Shown here one piece after another: positions 51,839 through 64,000 of a stretch of 64,000 nucleotides of DNA; positions within the stretch are counted from its first letter, which is position 1; every line of letters starts with the position of its first letter. The DNA is from Mobula hypostoma (Eukaryota), in assembly GCF_963921235.1 (NCBI RefSeq), contig NC_086097.1:72294001-72358000 (forward strand), written 5' to 3'. The translations under genes were made by a program, and so were the position numbers. The notes under the pieces were generated by a model. It had not been told where the DNA came from. It saw only the letters and a program-made list of their open reading frames with translations, and did not search any database.

Positions 51839-53296
51839 TAAATATTTGGATAGACAGGGCTTGATTAGGGATAGTCAATATGGCTTTGTGCTTGGTAGGT
51901 TGTGTCTAACTAATCTTACAGAATTTTTAAGATGTTACCAGGAAGGCTGCTGAAGAAAATGCAATGGATGCATCTATGTGGACTTTATCAAAGTCTTTGA
52001 CTATATTTTGAGCGGTTTTTTTTCAGATTCAAAGGGGGTGATTTTGGGGACAGAGAGGGGAGTTAGGGATCATGTTAGGGTTTAGAGACAGGGATTTAGG
52101 GAAATTAGAGGACAGACTAGAGTCTAAGCCTCTGTTCTGACTTCATAGGTCAGCAGTAGGGACCTAGTCAGATGCCAGGCCAGCAGGTCGGTAAGGATGT
52201 TCAGCGTGCAGTCTTCAGTGAGTCTGGTGTTCAAGGCCTGGTGTTAGTTCCCTCATCCATGTTCCTCATATGCCATCATCTGCAGGTCCTGGGTCGATCA
52301 GAAGTCAAGACTGAATTCCAAAGGTCAATTGGAAATCTATATCAAAGCCCAAAAGTTGATTGCATGTCCAGAAATCACAGCTCAGTGGCCAGAGCCCTGC
52401 CTTTCTGCAAGTCTGCTGGTGACGTCAGGGCCCAGTGTCTGTGAATCCATGTCCACTGGAGGGTGGAGGCCGAAGAAAGCCTGTTTTGGGGTTAGAGAAC
52501 TGTGTGTATGCATAAGTGTTTAGGTGGAAGGGATGGAGGAATAGGGCTTATTTCACTTCTGTTGCTTTGTTTCTTGGTATCTTCTGTTTCGTTGTGTTCT
52601 GTGTTGGTCTGCCGAGCATTGAGGGCATGATTTTTAGGCTTCTGTGTGAGTGGTGATACATGCAGGCTGTCCCCAGCACATCCTTGGTTGTGTTGGTTGT
52701 TAACACAAATGGCACACTCTACTGTATGTTTTAATTAACATATGATAAATAACTCTGAATCAAAGTCCTGCATCGGAGACTGGTGAGAAAGATTCTCTCA
52801 GGATGAGGTAGTAAATTGGATTAGACATTGGCTTACCAGTGGTAGTAGATGGTTGCCTCTCTCACTAAAGGTCAATAACCAGCTGTGCTGCAAGGATCAG
52901 TGCTGGGTCCAAATTTGTTTGTCATCTATATCAAAGGCAATATGGTAAACTCTATGAGCAGATTTGCGGATGACACAATGATTGGGGAATAATGGACAGC
53001 AAAGCTTGTTGAGTAATCTGAAACAGCTGTAATAAGGGCTAAAATATAGCAGACAGAAATTAGACAAGTGTGAGGTGTTGCACTTTGGAAGGGTAAACCA
53101 GGGTAGGGCTTACATAGTCAATGGTAGGATACTGAGGAGTGTTGTAGAACAGTGGGATCAAGGAGTACAGATCCATAATTCTATGAGAGTGGCATCATAG
53201 ATGGGTAGGGTTGTAAAGGGAGCTTTTGGCACATTGACCTTTGTAAATCGAAGTATTGAGTACAGGAGTTGGGATATTATATTGAAGGTGTATAAT

Positions 53297-54274
53297 CAGT
53301 GGTGCAGCGCTAGCTGGAGCACACCGGAGCGCGTCCGGCACCTCTTTAAGAAAAAAAGCCGAAATAAGCCAGTGGATTTAACAAGATGTTTTCACTCACA
53401 GAACAGCCACTCCCTGGATTTTTTTTTTTTGTTTTTGGCACCATTCTTTGTAAACTCCAGAGTCTGTTGTGCGTAAAAATCCCAGGAGATCAGCAGTTTC
53501 TGAGATACTCAGATCACCCTGGGCAGCACCTAATTAATTAGCTCGTTTATTTTAGATTAGATTAGATTATGAGGACACTCAGTCCTCGCTTATTGTCATT
53601 TAGAAATGCATGCATTAAGAAATGATACAATGTTCCTCCAGAGTGATATCACAAAAAAAAAGGACAAACCAAAGACTAACACTGACAAGACCACATAATT
53701 ATAACATATGGTTACAGCAGTGCGAAGCAATACCATAATTTGATAAAGAGCAGACCATGGGCACAGTAAAAAAAGTCTCAAAGTTCCGAATGACTCCTGA
53801 TAGTCCCGATAGCAGGCAGCAAAAGGGAGAAACTCTCCTTGCCATAAACCTCCAGGCACCAACAACTGGAAGCACCTGACCACAGCCGACTCTGAGTCCG
53901 TCCGAAAACTTTGAGCCTCCGACCAGCCATCCAACACCGAGCACCATCTCTGCCAAGCGCTTCGACCCCGCCCCAGCCACTGAGCAACAAGCAAAGCCAA
54001 GGACTCGGGGCTGTCTCCTCCGGAGATTCTGGATCACACAGTAGCAGTGGCAGCGAAGAAGGCATTTCAGAAGTTTCTCCAGATGTTCCTCCGTGCTCTC
54101 AAGTCTGTCTTCATCAAATCAGGATTGTGCACGTACTTGACAGTTTACAGATATCATTCACCAGAGTGGCCACTGCGCGCTGCATCATGCCACCATCTTC
54201 TCCTCCTCCTCGGCTATTTCGGCTTTTTTTTTAAAAGAGGTGCCGGATGTGCTCTGGCTAGCACTGCACCACTG
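53297..54274. mobile_element. Composite hAT-type MITE
   Basis: TIRs cagtggtgcag(c/t)gctagc...tccggcacctcttt; 8-bp TSD tgtataat (53289-53296, 54275-54282). Confidence 0.85.
53552..54210 (-). mobile_element. Apparently full-length non-coding retroposon with (TAATC)n tail
   Basis: Second copy of the 19719-20211 family; 5' end gaggaggagAAGATGGTGGC (YY1-like). Confidence 0.7.
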
Positions 54275-57200
54275 TGTATAATCTGTTGGTGAGACCAAAT
54301 TTGGAATATTGTGTGCAGTTGTGGTCACCTACCTAGAGGAAGGATATCAATTAAAGATTGAAAGAGTGCAGAGAAAAGTTACAAGGATGTTACCAGGACT
54401 TAAGGACCTGAGTTGTAGGGAAAGTTTGAATAGGTTAGGGCTTTCATTCCCTGGAGTGCTTGAGAATGATGGGAGATTTGTTATGAGGGGTATCAATAGA
54501 ATTAATGCAAGTGTGCTTTTTTCACTGACGTTGGGCGAAAGTGAAATAGAGGTCATATGTTAAGGGTGAAAGGTGAAGTATTTCAGGGGAAACTGAAGGA
54601 AAACTTCTTCATTTAGAGGATGGTGAGAGTAAGGAACGAGCTGCCAGAGGAAATGGTGGATGTAGGTTTGATTTCAACACTTAAGAGAAGTTTGGATAAG
54701 TACATGGATTGGAGGGTGTTGGAAGTCCGTGATGCAGGTGCTGGGACTCAGCTGAATAACACTTTTGCATGGACTAGATGGGCTAAAGGGTCTGTCCCTG
54801 TGCAGTAGAATGCAAGATGTATTTTGTTGAGTAATTGAGATCTAGCAATACAGTATTCTTTCTGGTGTTTAACTTTTTCTACAAACCAAGTCATCCTTGA
54901 ATGAATTACTGAGCCACAGACTGAGTTATTTCCTGGAACTGAGTTTTATGATCGGATCTCAAAAATCAATAGCATAATAACCAAATTTAAAAATCTATTT
55001 ATTTATCCCCCATTGCAGTTAGGAAGCTCACAAATAAATGAGGGAGAAATGAGTATGAAATCTCCAATTTCTCAAAGATGATGCAGCCCAACGTGGAAGC
55101 TACACAAATGGAGTCTCAAATTAATCCAATAACCTACCAAGCTTAACTAACTTTGCTGTGATTTCACCAGGCACAGCAAATGAATAGATTATGGATTTTT
55201 TATATATATATATTTTTCAAAGGCTGGATCTTCTGATCTAGATGCATTCAACCTGTTCAGATAGTAGGTGACCAGCTCCTTCATGAATAAACTGATTTGC
55301 AGAAATTGAGTGATGTGCTAAGTCTAGAGGAGAAAAATAACAGATGTTACTGGTGAAGTTGGGGTAGTGGGGGGGGGGGATGGTTGGTGGTTTAAAACAT
55401 TTTCTTGTAATGAAACTATGGCCACAGTTCTCAATCTCTGCTTAAGTTCCAAGTGAAGGAATGTATGTGTATAGATGGCTCGGGTATATCGTTATGAATA
55501 TGTGAGAAGGTAATATTATTAATTTGTACATAGTGCTCCTCAAATATGAATTGCAAAATACAAACCTACTTAATATGCTAATACAAGCTACAATATTATC
55601 AAGAACATAGTTGACAGCACTAGAAATATAAGCTTTCAGCTGCAGTACCTGCTGGCCTTTGATATATCAAAATAGTTTGTCACCAGCAAACTAATGGATC
55701 TTTTATAGGTATGGGAGCATTAAATAACATTATTCATTCTGTAATAAATTATGCCACTCTTAGAATCCATCCATAATAATGTTCAAGGATACAGTCCTGA
55801 CCTCTTCTATTCTGCATAACTTTTATTTGCCATGTTTATTGAAAACCTTTCCTCTAAATTATGTAACAGGTACTGTATGATACCACATTATTGATTAATA
55901 GGTAAAAAGCATGCACACCAAAGAGAATTGTTAGTGTTGAGATCATCAAACGCATCTTGATTGAACCCACTCAGGAATCTTCTCTCTCCAGTAGGAATAT
56001 CATTAGAGGTTAAGCTCCAAGAATCGGGCTCCAACCTGCAATGAACCTTCTTAAAGGCTTCAGAGTGCCGTTAAAGACCTTAAAGACGTCAGCCTTCAAC
56101 TGTAAAGAACTATCAAAAAGGCACTCTATGTTCCTATCATATACTAACTTTTTCACCATGAAGTATCGATGTTTTGCCTCTAACCACTCTGACAATAATT
56201 TTTCTTATTGGTACACAGAAATTTCATGCAGAAGACTTTTTTTCATTTGTGAATGAAAGTAGATTTTTCTTGGAGAATCATGCAGTAAAGATTATTTGTA
56301 GGCATTTTCAGTTATTCTGGAACTTTGACCAGTCACTCTCCAGTGAGTCACACAATGTATTAACACACAGATTTCCAGCCCATTTGTAGATATCAGATAG
56401 TCTTGGTTAAGATTCCTGGAACTACTGCAGCACCTATTTATTACCATCGAGGAAGACCCTTGCCCATACCTCAAAGCCTAACTTTCTTCCACTCTCCTCC
56501 ATTGGACCACATTAACAGAAGGTACTGAAAAACATGATTAAAATTCCAGAAATGCTCATTAACTGAACACAGCACCAGAAGTATTGTGAGCTTTGAGGAC
56601 ATTATGTTCTCTGCAGCTACCTTCTGTACATGAAAAGATTTCCCTATCTCTTGGTTGCTAAGGAACCATCTATATTCCCACTATCTACATTTTTATATAT
56701 CAGCATTACAAGCTTGGCTTTCCTCTCAGCCCCTTGTCCCTCAGCTTCAAAAATTAACAATATCTGCTTCAATATTCTTGTATTTTGACTTTGTATACCT
56801 TATTTCAAGGTTTCATCAGCCATCACCGTGTATTGAAATCAATACTATTACTATTAAGGTCTTCCCCCAAAAGAGGTAGGGAAATCTTTTAACTTCTTAT
56901 ATAACAGAAACAGATGCAAGTCTTAAAATTGGTGCTGATATTATGTTTTCATTTAAATTTATCTCTTAACTTTAAGTAAATTGCATTGTTCCATCACCTC
57001 CAGAATTATCAGCATGGCTTATGGATGCTAAAGAATTTGTCTTTTGGGCCAAGAGCCAAAGTGAAAAATTATTAACAGAATGATGGATTATAATAATTTG
57101 TCCAAAAATAATTAACATATGAGTTGAAGTATGAAAACTCTTCTTCAAAGTCATTTAGCAATGAAGTTTTGTGACAGCAAACATTTATATACCAAGTCAT

Positions 57201-58064
57201 AAATGGACACCCTGAAGTCAGAAGATGCCACAATACAATAGGTGTGAGGAAATTATGATCATAGTTATCTGATTATGGAAATCATATCCGTAAAAAAGAA
57301 AATAAACAAATTCTGATAGATTCTAAAAACTAAACTCAGCTTGAAGACTTACATAAATGCTATGGTAGATGTTGAGTGTTTGCTGTGGAATTAAAATACT
57401 GTGCTGTGCCTAAAAATACTTTTATTTTGGCAATGTATACATAATCATAAAATTATAAACCATTTATAAACTCTCATCAATTTACCATCAAATTACACGT
57501 GTGCAGAAAATAATTTGAAGTTTTAGGATTCTTAATTGTTTGACAATTTTCTTAAAAGTAAGATAAATTATATTTCAAATGTGTTTATTTTCAATTACAG
57601 CTAGAGATGTGTGAAATCCATTTGTAGCTTTGCAGGTAGAAAAAATAGTTATCACAAAACTTGTAGTGGAAATATCTTGGGGTAGTTTGATATTTCATAC
57701 ATGAACTTAAGAGGTGAACAAGAAGTTTAAGTACAACCTTTTGCCACCCCTGGCTGAGTGGTAGAATTCTCAGTATTAACTTAAGGTCTTTGGTCAAGCA
57801 TGTCCCCAAACACTACAGCACACAATCAACAATGATATTTCAGTACAAAACTGAAGAAGTATTGTATTGTCAGATGGTTTCAGGTATAAGATGAAACGTT
57901 AAATCAAATTCACTTTTCAGGTGGCAAACTCCATTCAAATTGCCTAGCTCATAGGATGTCATCTAATTGCCTGCTAAATGCTTGCAATGTATTATTTTTT
58001 TTGCATAAACTCTTGAACTAATCATTCCAAAATTAAGAGTGAAAGAGTCAGCTTACTCTTTTCT

Positions 58065-58760
58065 CCAATGCATTGGAGAAACATAAACGGGTTGGGTAAC
58101 TGTCTTGTGGAGCACCTGTGTTCAGCCTGCAGGGTGATTTCTAGCTCCCTGTTCCTAGGCATTTCCGTTGTTCTTCCCACTTCCATTCCAGCTTCTTACA
58201 CTGTTATAGTGCGAATCAATGTAAGCTTGGGGATCAGCTACTCGTTTTTCATCTGGGCAGGTTATAACCTTTTGGACTTGATATCAATTCTTCCAACTTC
58301 AGGTAACTCACTTCCCCTGTAAGGCACTTATCTGTGAAATTGCCTTAGTTTTTCTCTCTCCATCAGCACAGCCTGACATGCTGGACGTAAGCTACTGCCC
58401 TGCACATTACAGCTTCTTACATTCCAATATTTCACATTATTCTAAGTACACTTACTGCATCTAACAGTGTTTATACTTTTTCTCTTTCTTTAACTGCTCC
58501 TATCAACCTATAGATTAGGTGACATCTACAAATGATCTCTGTGGTAATCTTGGCCTCACCCTGTCAGAGATACTCCATTTGTCCTTTCAATCTGTTCTCA
58601 GCCTTCACTGCAATGTAAAACTAACTTCCTTTTTTATCTTACACGTTCTGACAAAGGGTCATCAATTTGAAAAGTTAACTCTGTATTTCTTTCCAGAGAT
58701 GCTGCCTAGCCTGTTAAGAGTTTTCTGCATTTATTTCAGATTTCCAGCAACCTCAGTTTA
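58065..58760 (+). mobile_element. Ancient PLE 3' fragment
   Basis: attggagaaaca (IGET) remnant; ctgacaaagggtc...gaaaagtt decayed hammerhead; agatgctgcc...tttccagca tail. Confidence 0.55.
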
Positions 58761-59864
58761 ATACTTGATCTACTTCTCTCATGTAAGGACATGACTGGTG
58801 AACAATAATTGCATTGAGCCAATAAAGAGGAGATATTTAAAACAATGTGGAATCTTAAAGATTTGATTAATATCTGATTGGCTAAGAAACATCAACCACT
58901 GCAGTAAGTAAAGAAGAACACAAATCTAGCACACTCTTCTGTGAGTCTCCAGACAGCAAGATAAAACTATTATTTATTAATATTGCATAGAACTTGAAAA
59001 ATCACTGCAGGATCTAACTCTAACCCACATAGGAATATTCTGATATACTGTAAATAGATGCCAAAAATGCATCTGCTCCTGTTATTTTTAAGGTAAGCAT
59101 GAGGCAGTATTCTGGTGATACTGACGGCATCATTGATTCTGTTATGTTTAATATTCACCATTGCTTCTCATGTAGATAAACAGAATTATAGAATCCTTGA
59201 AATGTAGAAGGAGACCATTCACTCCAAACAGTTTATACCGGCTCTTTGTAAAGTAATCCAGCTGGTTGCATTTCTCCCCTTTTTCTTGCAACCCTGCAAT
59301 TATTTGGCTTCAAGTGCCCGGATTGACTCCACACTTACAATGAGCTCCAGATCATAAGCAACCACTGTTAATGATGTTTAATCTCAAATTTCCCATATGT
59401 TATTTGCCCATTATCTTAGCTCCGTCCAGTCTGATTTGGTTGGTCCTTCATTATTTATCCCATTTGAACCCATCATAATCTTGGATGCATCTATAATAAC
59501 TCCCCTAAACCTTCAATGCACTCAGAAGAATTGCTGTTTCTCCAATCAGATCTGATAACTGGAATCACTTATCACCATGGAATATTTCCATATGTCTATA
59601 TTTAATACAAATGCCTATTGTTCTGTCAGTGCTGAAAGGAGCCACGAATGCTGCAGTCAAGAGAAATGATGTAAGCACTTACTTGGCTTCTATTGTGAAC
59701 CTTTTCTATTTTTAAAAATGAAATAATTCCAAAACTAAGAGGACAAGTTTGCTGATTTAGCATAGAAGTGCTGTAAATATTTGAATGATGAGGTTGTGCA
59801 GGATCTATTCATTTTTCATGTAATCCACTAGTTGTACAGTCTGAGAATTGCATTCATTGTATGC

Positions 59865-60460
59865 AAGGAAGGTGGCTAGCCATTTAATTCTACTTCCCAT
59901 TCCCTTTTCAACATGTCAGTGCATGGCCTCCTTTACTGTTGCAATAAAGCCACAGGCTTGAAGCGCAATACCTCATATTCTGTCTGGATAGCCTCTGACC
60001 TGATGGCATGAACATCAATTTATGACCTGCTAATTCCCCCTTCTCCCTTCTCTCTTTTTACATTCCCCATTCTGGCTCCCCTCTTAGCCCTTCACTTCTC
60101 ATCTGTTCAACATCTCCCTCTGTTGTCCTTCATCCTGCCCTTTCTCCCATGGTTCACTCTCCTATCTGATCAGATTCCTTCTTCTTCTGCCCTTCATCTC
60201 TTACACCTATCATCTCCCAGCTTTTCATTTCATCCCCACCACTCCCAACAAACTACCTTCCCCCTCACCTAGCTTCACCTATCACTTGTCAACTTATAGT
60301 CCTTCCCCTCCCCCCCCACCCCCACACCTTCTTAATCTGGCTTCTTCTCTCCTCCGTTTCAGTCCTGATGAAGTGCCTCGGCCCAAAATGTTGACTACTT
60401 ATTCCTCTCCACAGATGCTGCCATAGCTGCTGAGTTCCTCCAGCATTTTGTGTGTTGCTC
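59865..60460 (+). mobile_element. PLE 3' fragment with decayed hammerhead (60360-60398)
   Basis: HLILLP/MSVHGLLYC/PDGMNIN remnants; cagtcCTGATGAagtgcctcggcccaaaatgttgact. Confidence 0.75.
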
Positions 60461-60999
60461 CACAAGAGCAGCAGCTGTTAAAGACCTCCTGATGTTTACA
60501 GGAAGTGGTTTGTAATGTTGTAACTAACTACCCCGGATTATTAAAAATCCTAAGTAATCAAAAAAAAGCAATGACCATTAGGTAGGCACATGTACAGCAA
60601 AAGAAGAATTACAAGAAATGAATCAGCATCTTCCATTGCACTTTGTACTCCAAACTGAATTTGCTCTAACACTGTATTCACCAATTATGGAAGTAAATAA
60701 GGAGGAAATTGGTAGCTAAAGTATTGTGTAGATCCAAGAAATGGTTATGTCTTGTATTCACCTGCCCAGAGTGTATGGGCATATCTATGACTAAAATGAG
60801 CCTAACAGCCAGGGCACTTGGATTTCATTTTCTGTACTTTTCCAAATTCTACCTTTTTAATTGTTTGCATTTATCTGCATAAAAAACAACTCTTGTACCG
60901 ACAGGAAGTGCAATGTATAGTGAGAGGATTGTGCAAATGCCTGCCTGAAGAACAATCAGAGAAGTCCACTCTTGCACTTCATACCCTGTAACCATAGAG

Positions 61000-61073
61000 C
61001 AGGGGTTCCTGGGGTCCACACACTCCTTAGTTAATGGTAGGAGTCCATGGCATAAAAAAGGTTGGGAACCCTG
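61000..61073. mobile_element. Tiny hAT/Charlie-like MITE
   Basis: caggggttcc...gggaaccctg inverted ends; flanks ccatagag / ccatgcag may be a decayed 8-bp TSD. Confidence 0.5.
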
Positions 61074-61222
61074 CCATGCAGGGAATGGCTTTGAAGACTA
61101 TGGGGGGTGGGGGGGGGCGGAATCTATCCTGAGTCTTGTACATTAAAGTACAAATCAGCAGAATGGGGTAGCCCACATCTGAAGTCTCATTCAGCTGAAG
61201 CAAATCGAACTAAACTTTGGGA

Positions 61223-61379
61223 CTCAGCAGGTCGGGCAGCATCCGAGGAAACGATCAGTCAGTGTTCCGGCCTGAAACGTTGACTGATTGTTTCCATGAA
61301 TGCTGCCCGACCTGCTGAGTTCCTCCAGCGTGTTGTGAGTGTTGCTTTGACCCCAGCATCTGCAGAGTATTTTATGTTT
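61223..61379. mobile_element. Fold-back two-tailed PLE insertion
   Basis: ctcagcaggtcgggcagcat...cagtca is inverted against tgactg...atgctgcccgacctgctgag; 14-bp TSD actaaactttggga (61209-61222, 61380-61393). Confidence 0.85.
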
Positions 61380-64000
61380 ACTAAACTTTGGGAAAAGTGT
61401 TCAGCTTGTATTATGCATGTGACTGAGGATTCTATCCCAGTGCGACTTCACCTGCATTCATTCTTCGTTCAGTATTGATGCTCCTTTTCTTCCATCAATT
61501 ACATAAAGACAGTGTGATGTTCCTTTCTTTCAAAATGTTTTCCTGCCAAGATTAGTATTAAAAAGTAGTTCCCGCAGCAGAGTCTGCAGAGCCCAGGTGA
61601 GGTAAGGACAACAGAGAATTTCTGGGACACGATTGAAATTGTATATGTCTGCACTCGTGTTTCACCCTCTGCTGAGTAAATGTGAGCAGATCCTGCACAA
61701 TGTTCTCTTTGGACCTCTCTACCTGCTACAGACATTCATTAGAATCTATGTGCTGACAGTTAACAATGTTTCCACAACTGATATGACCTTGTCCTAGTGA
61801 GCTGCTTGGTTGAATTGGTTATCTGCCTTCCTTTCCGATCATGGTATTGAGATGACAAGGTGATAATCCTTTTTCTGTAACGATAATACCTGTTCTTCCT
61901 GAACTGATGTCTACAAGGGAAGCCCATTTTTCTTGCTGGAAATACCAATGTAAAGTTAATGCTTAAATTGCATCTCGCCTGAATTCAGCAACATATTTGA
62001 TTGACACATCTATTCCAGCCTATTGTTAACTAATTTGGTTGCATTTAATGACTTCAGCGCCGTTATCTCAAAGCCACACTTTGATACTTGCAACAACATA
62101 TTTTATATAGTATACAGTATGCTCAGTAAAAATTATTACAGAAGCTGACTAAAGACATCAAAGAGAATGAACACCTAATAAAACATGGATAATCTGCTGA
62201 AAGATATACCAAATTTGAAGTCTAAAAAAGGTACGAGCTTGCATTTCAAAAGTGTATTCCATGACCTCAGGGTCTACTAAAACAATTCACAGCTGATTAA
62301 ATACTTCGTATTTTTCACTGCACAAAACACAATAGCCATTCTTCTCATAAGAGTCTGAAACCCAGGGATCTAGACTCTGTGAAGTTAACTGAGGGATGAT
62401 AATCAGGTTTGCATAAAATAGGAACTCATTTGCTTTACATTGAATTTTTTGCATCCAGCTGAGCCAACTTTGATACATAAACTACACCTGAGATGATTTA
62501 GCACCTTTTCAGTACTACTTTGAAGTGTCAGTCTAACTTGTGTTCAATAGGAGCTAAACTGTGAAAATATTAATTTAGTTCATAACCATCCTGAAGCAAT
62601 AGGAAATTTATTGTAAATAGAGTTAATGGTCAAGGACAATCAATACATTGTACATGTCCATGTATGTTAAGTGATCGAGGTGTTAGAGCTGTTCATTAAT
62701 TTCTGGCAGAGTTCCTGTTTTCAAAGCTGACTAAAACCGTGTAGCTCAGAAGTTGCCAGCTTTATTGAATCAAAACACAATTGCTGATCCCTGACAACTC
62801 CAAATATTTCTGAGTTCATAAACATGTGAATCTTCTGGAAGCAGGACCTGCATCCCACTGTTTAATTCTTTAGGCTTCCCTTAGCTGCATCTGTTCCTCG
62901 TCCAACTTTGAGGACAAGAGAAACGGCCATCCATCCTCTGACTTTTGCAGCCACAAACATTTTATTTGCAAGCAACCTTCTGATGGAGAAAACAGTAAAA
63001 TAATCCAAGTGACTTAAAATAAAAAAGAAAGAAAACACTTTACAACTACTATATTTTAATGACACAGGAGAACACATTTTGAAAGCAGACCATGTCATCC
63101 TAGCAAATTCTAAGGTACAATTTATGTGATTACAAAGGTATTGGTACATTCCTTACCAGAAGACTGAAAATGTGACTTTAATTTACTTAAGTAACTTTTG
63201 CGATCCTTGCATAATTTATACAAGAATATTCTCTGAAAAATCCAGAGTAACTGGAAAACTGAGACAGCAGAATGGACAAAAGTTGGTAGGTGAAAGTAAT
63301 TTAAATTTCTCATTGATACAGCTATATTACTAACATTACTGATTTAATTTATTTGTACTAGTCATGTTAACCACCACAGTATACCATACCAATGACTTTC
63401 ACTAGATTTTCAGACCAATATATCTAACCTAAGGTCCTGGTATTCTTGCATCCTAAATGCAGATGTCAGACTAGGGTGCAAATGAAGTCTTTGTTGGTTG
63501 ACTGGAAACATATAGTTCTGTCAAGGAGCCGTAAATATTACAGATAGTTATTCCTCATTCAGTTGTCTTGATGCCTCCATAGAATAAATGCAGATTGGAT
63601 TTTGAAGTAATGTAACACAGATTCGAAGTATCAATATGGCAGAGATGGTAGCTATTTCGCCAGTTGAGTTTATGTCAGCTTTTGTTGTGCGATTCTCTTA
63701 GCTTCATTCCCCCATGCTAACCCCGTGGTTTTGCAAGTTCATTTCTGCCAAGTATCTATCCAAGACCCTTAAACTTCCACAATGCGTGAAGGCAACAAGT
63801 TCCAGGTCAAATTCTCTCATTACATTGGATGTGCATCCACATAACCCCTGAACCCATCTCCTGAACCTATTACCTCAAGCTTTAAATCTATGTCTTTGAT
63901 CATAGAACATAGAACAGTACAGCACAATATTTCCTACTTTTAACCTACTCCAAGATCAATCTCACATTTCCTTCCCACATGCACAGTTGTCCTTTTACCA

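Larger units (their letters stand above)
51840..54810 (+). mobile_element. Decayed CR1 RT and 3' end hosting nested insertions
   Basis: SQYGFV, VDFIKVFD, QGSVLGP, RFADDT, LVRPNLEYCVQLWSP; CR1 tail at about 54780-54810. Confidence 0.75.

Noticed and set aside
56010..56195. Short exon-like segment (LKADVFKVFNGTLKPLRRFIA) on the minus strand
   Set aside because: Weak donor site, no recognisable homology, no linked exons

Overview
Eukaryotic, transposon-saturated, apparently intronic or intergenic vertebrate DNA. The repeat mix (CR1, Rex1, V-SINE, Neptune-type Penelope) suggests a cartilaginous fish; this is inference. No host protein-coding gene could be identified, and almost all long ORFs are retroelement or transposon remnants or their antisense shadows. 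The window contains many decayed CR1 LINEs (one near full-length with an SGNH-esterase ORF1), a Rex1/Babar LINE, a Hero-like RLE LINE, and a decayed Gypsy LTR element with both LTRs, a tRNA-Ser-type PBS and nested insertions. It also contains Tc1 remnants, a composite hAT MITE, SINE-like elements and a minisatellite. The most striking system is the Penelope-like elements (PLEs; RT plus GIY-YIG). Their 3' regions carry a minimal hammerhead ribozyme followed by a conserved structured tail. At least six insertions (51 bp to 4.9 kb) are 'two-tailed': two oppositely oriented, 5'-truncated pieces with 3' ends pointing outward, inside one 12-15 bp target-site duplication (TSD). The arms of the largest overlap by about 1.7 kb and share the same nonsense codon inside the GIY-YIG motif. 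Coordinates were counted by eye; boundaries of decayed repeats are approximate.
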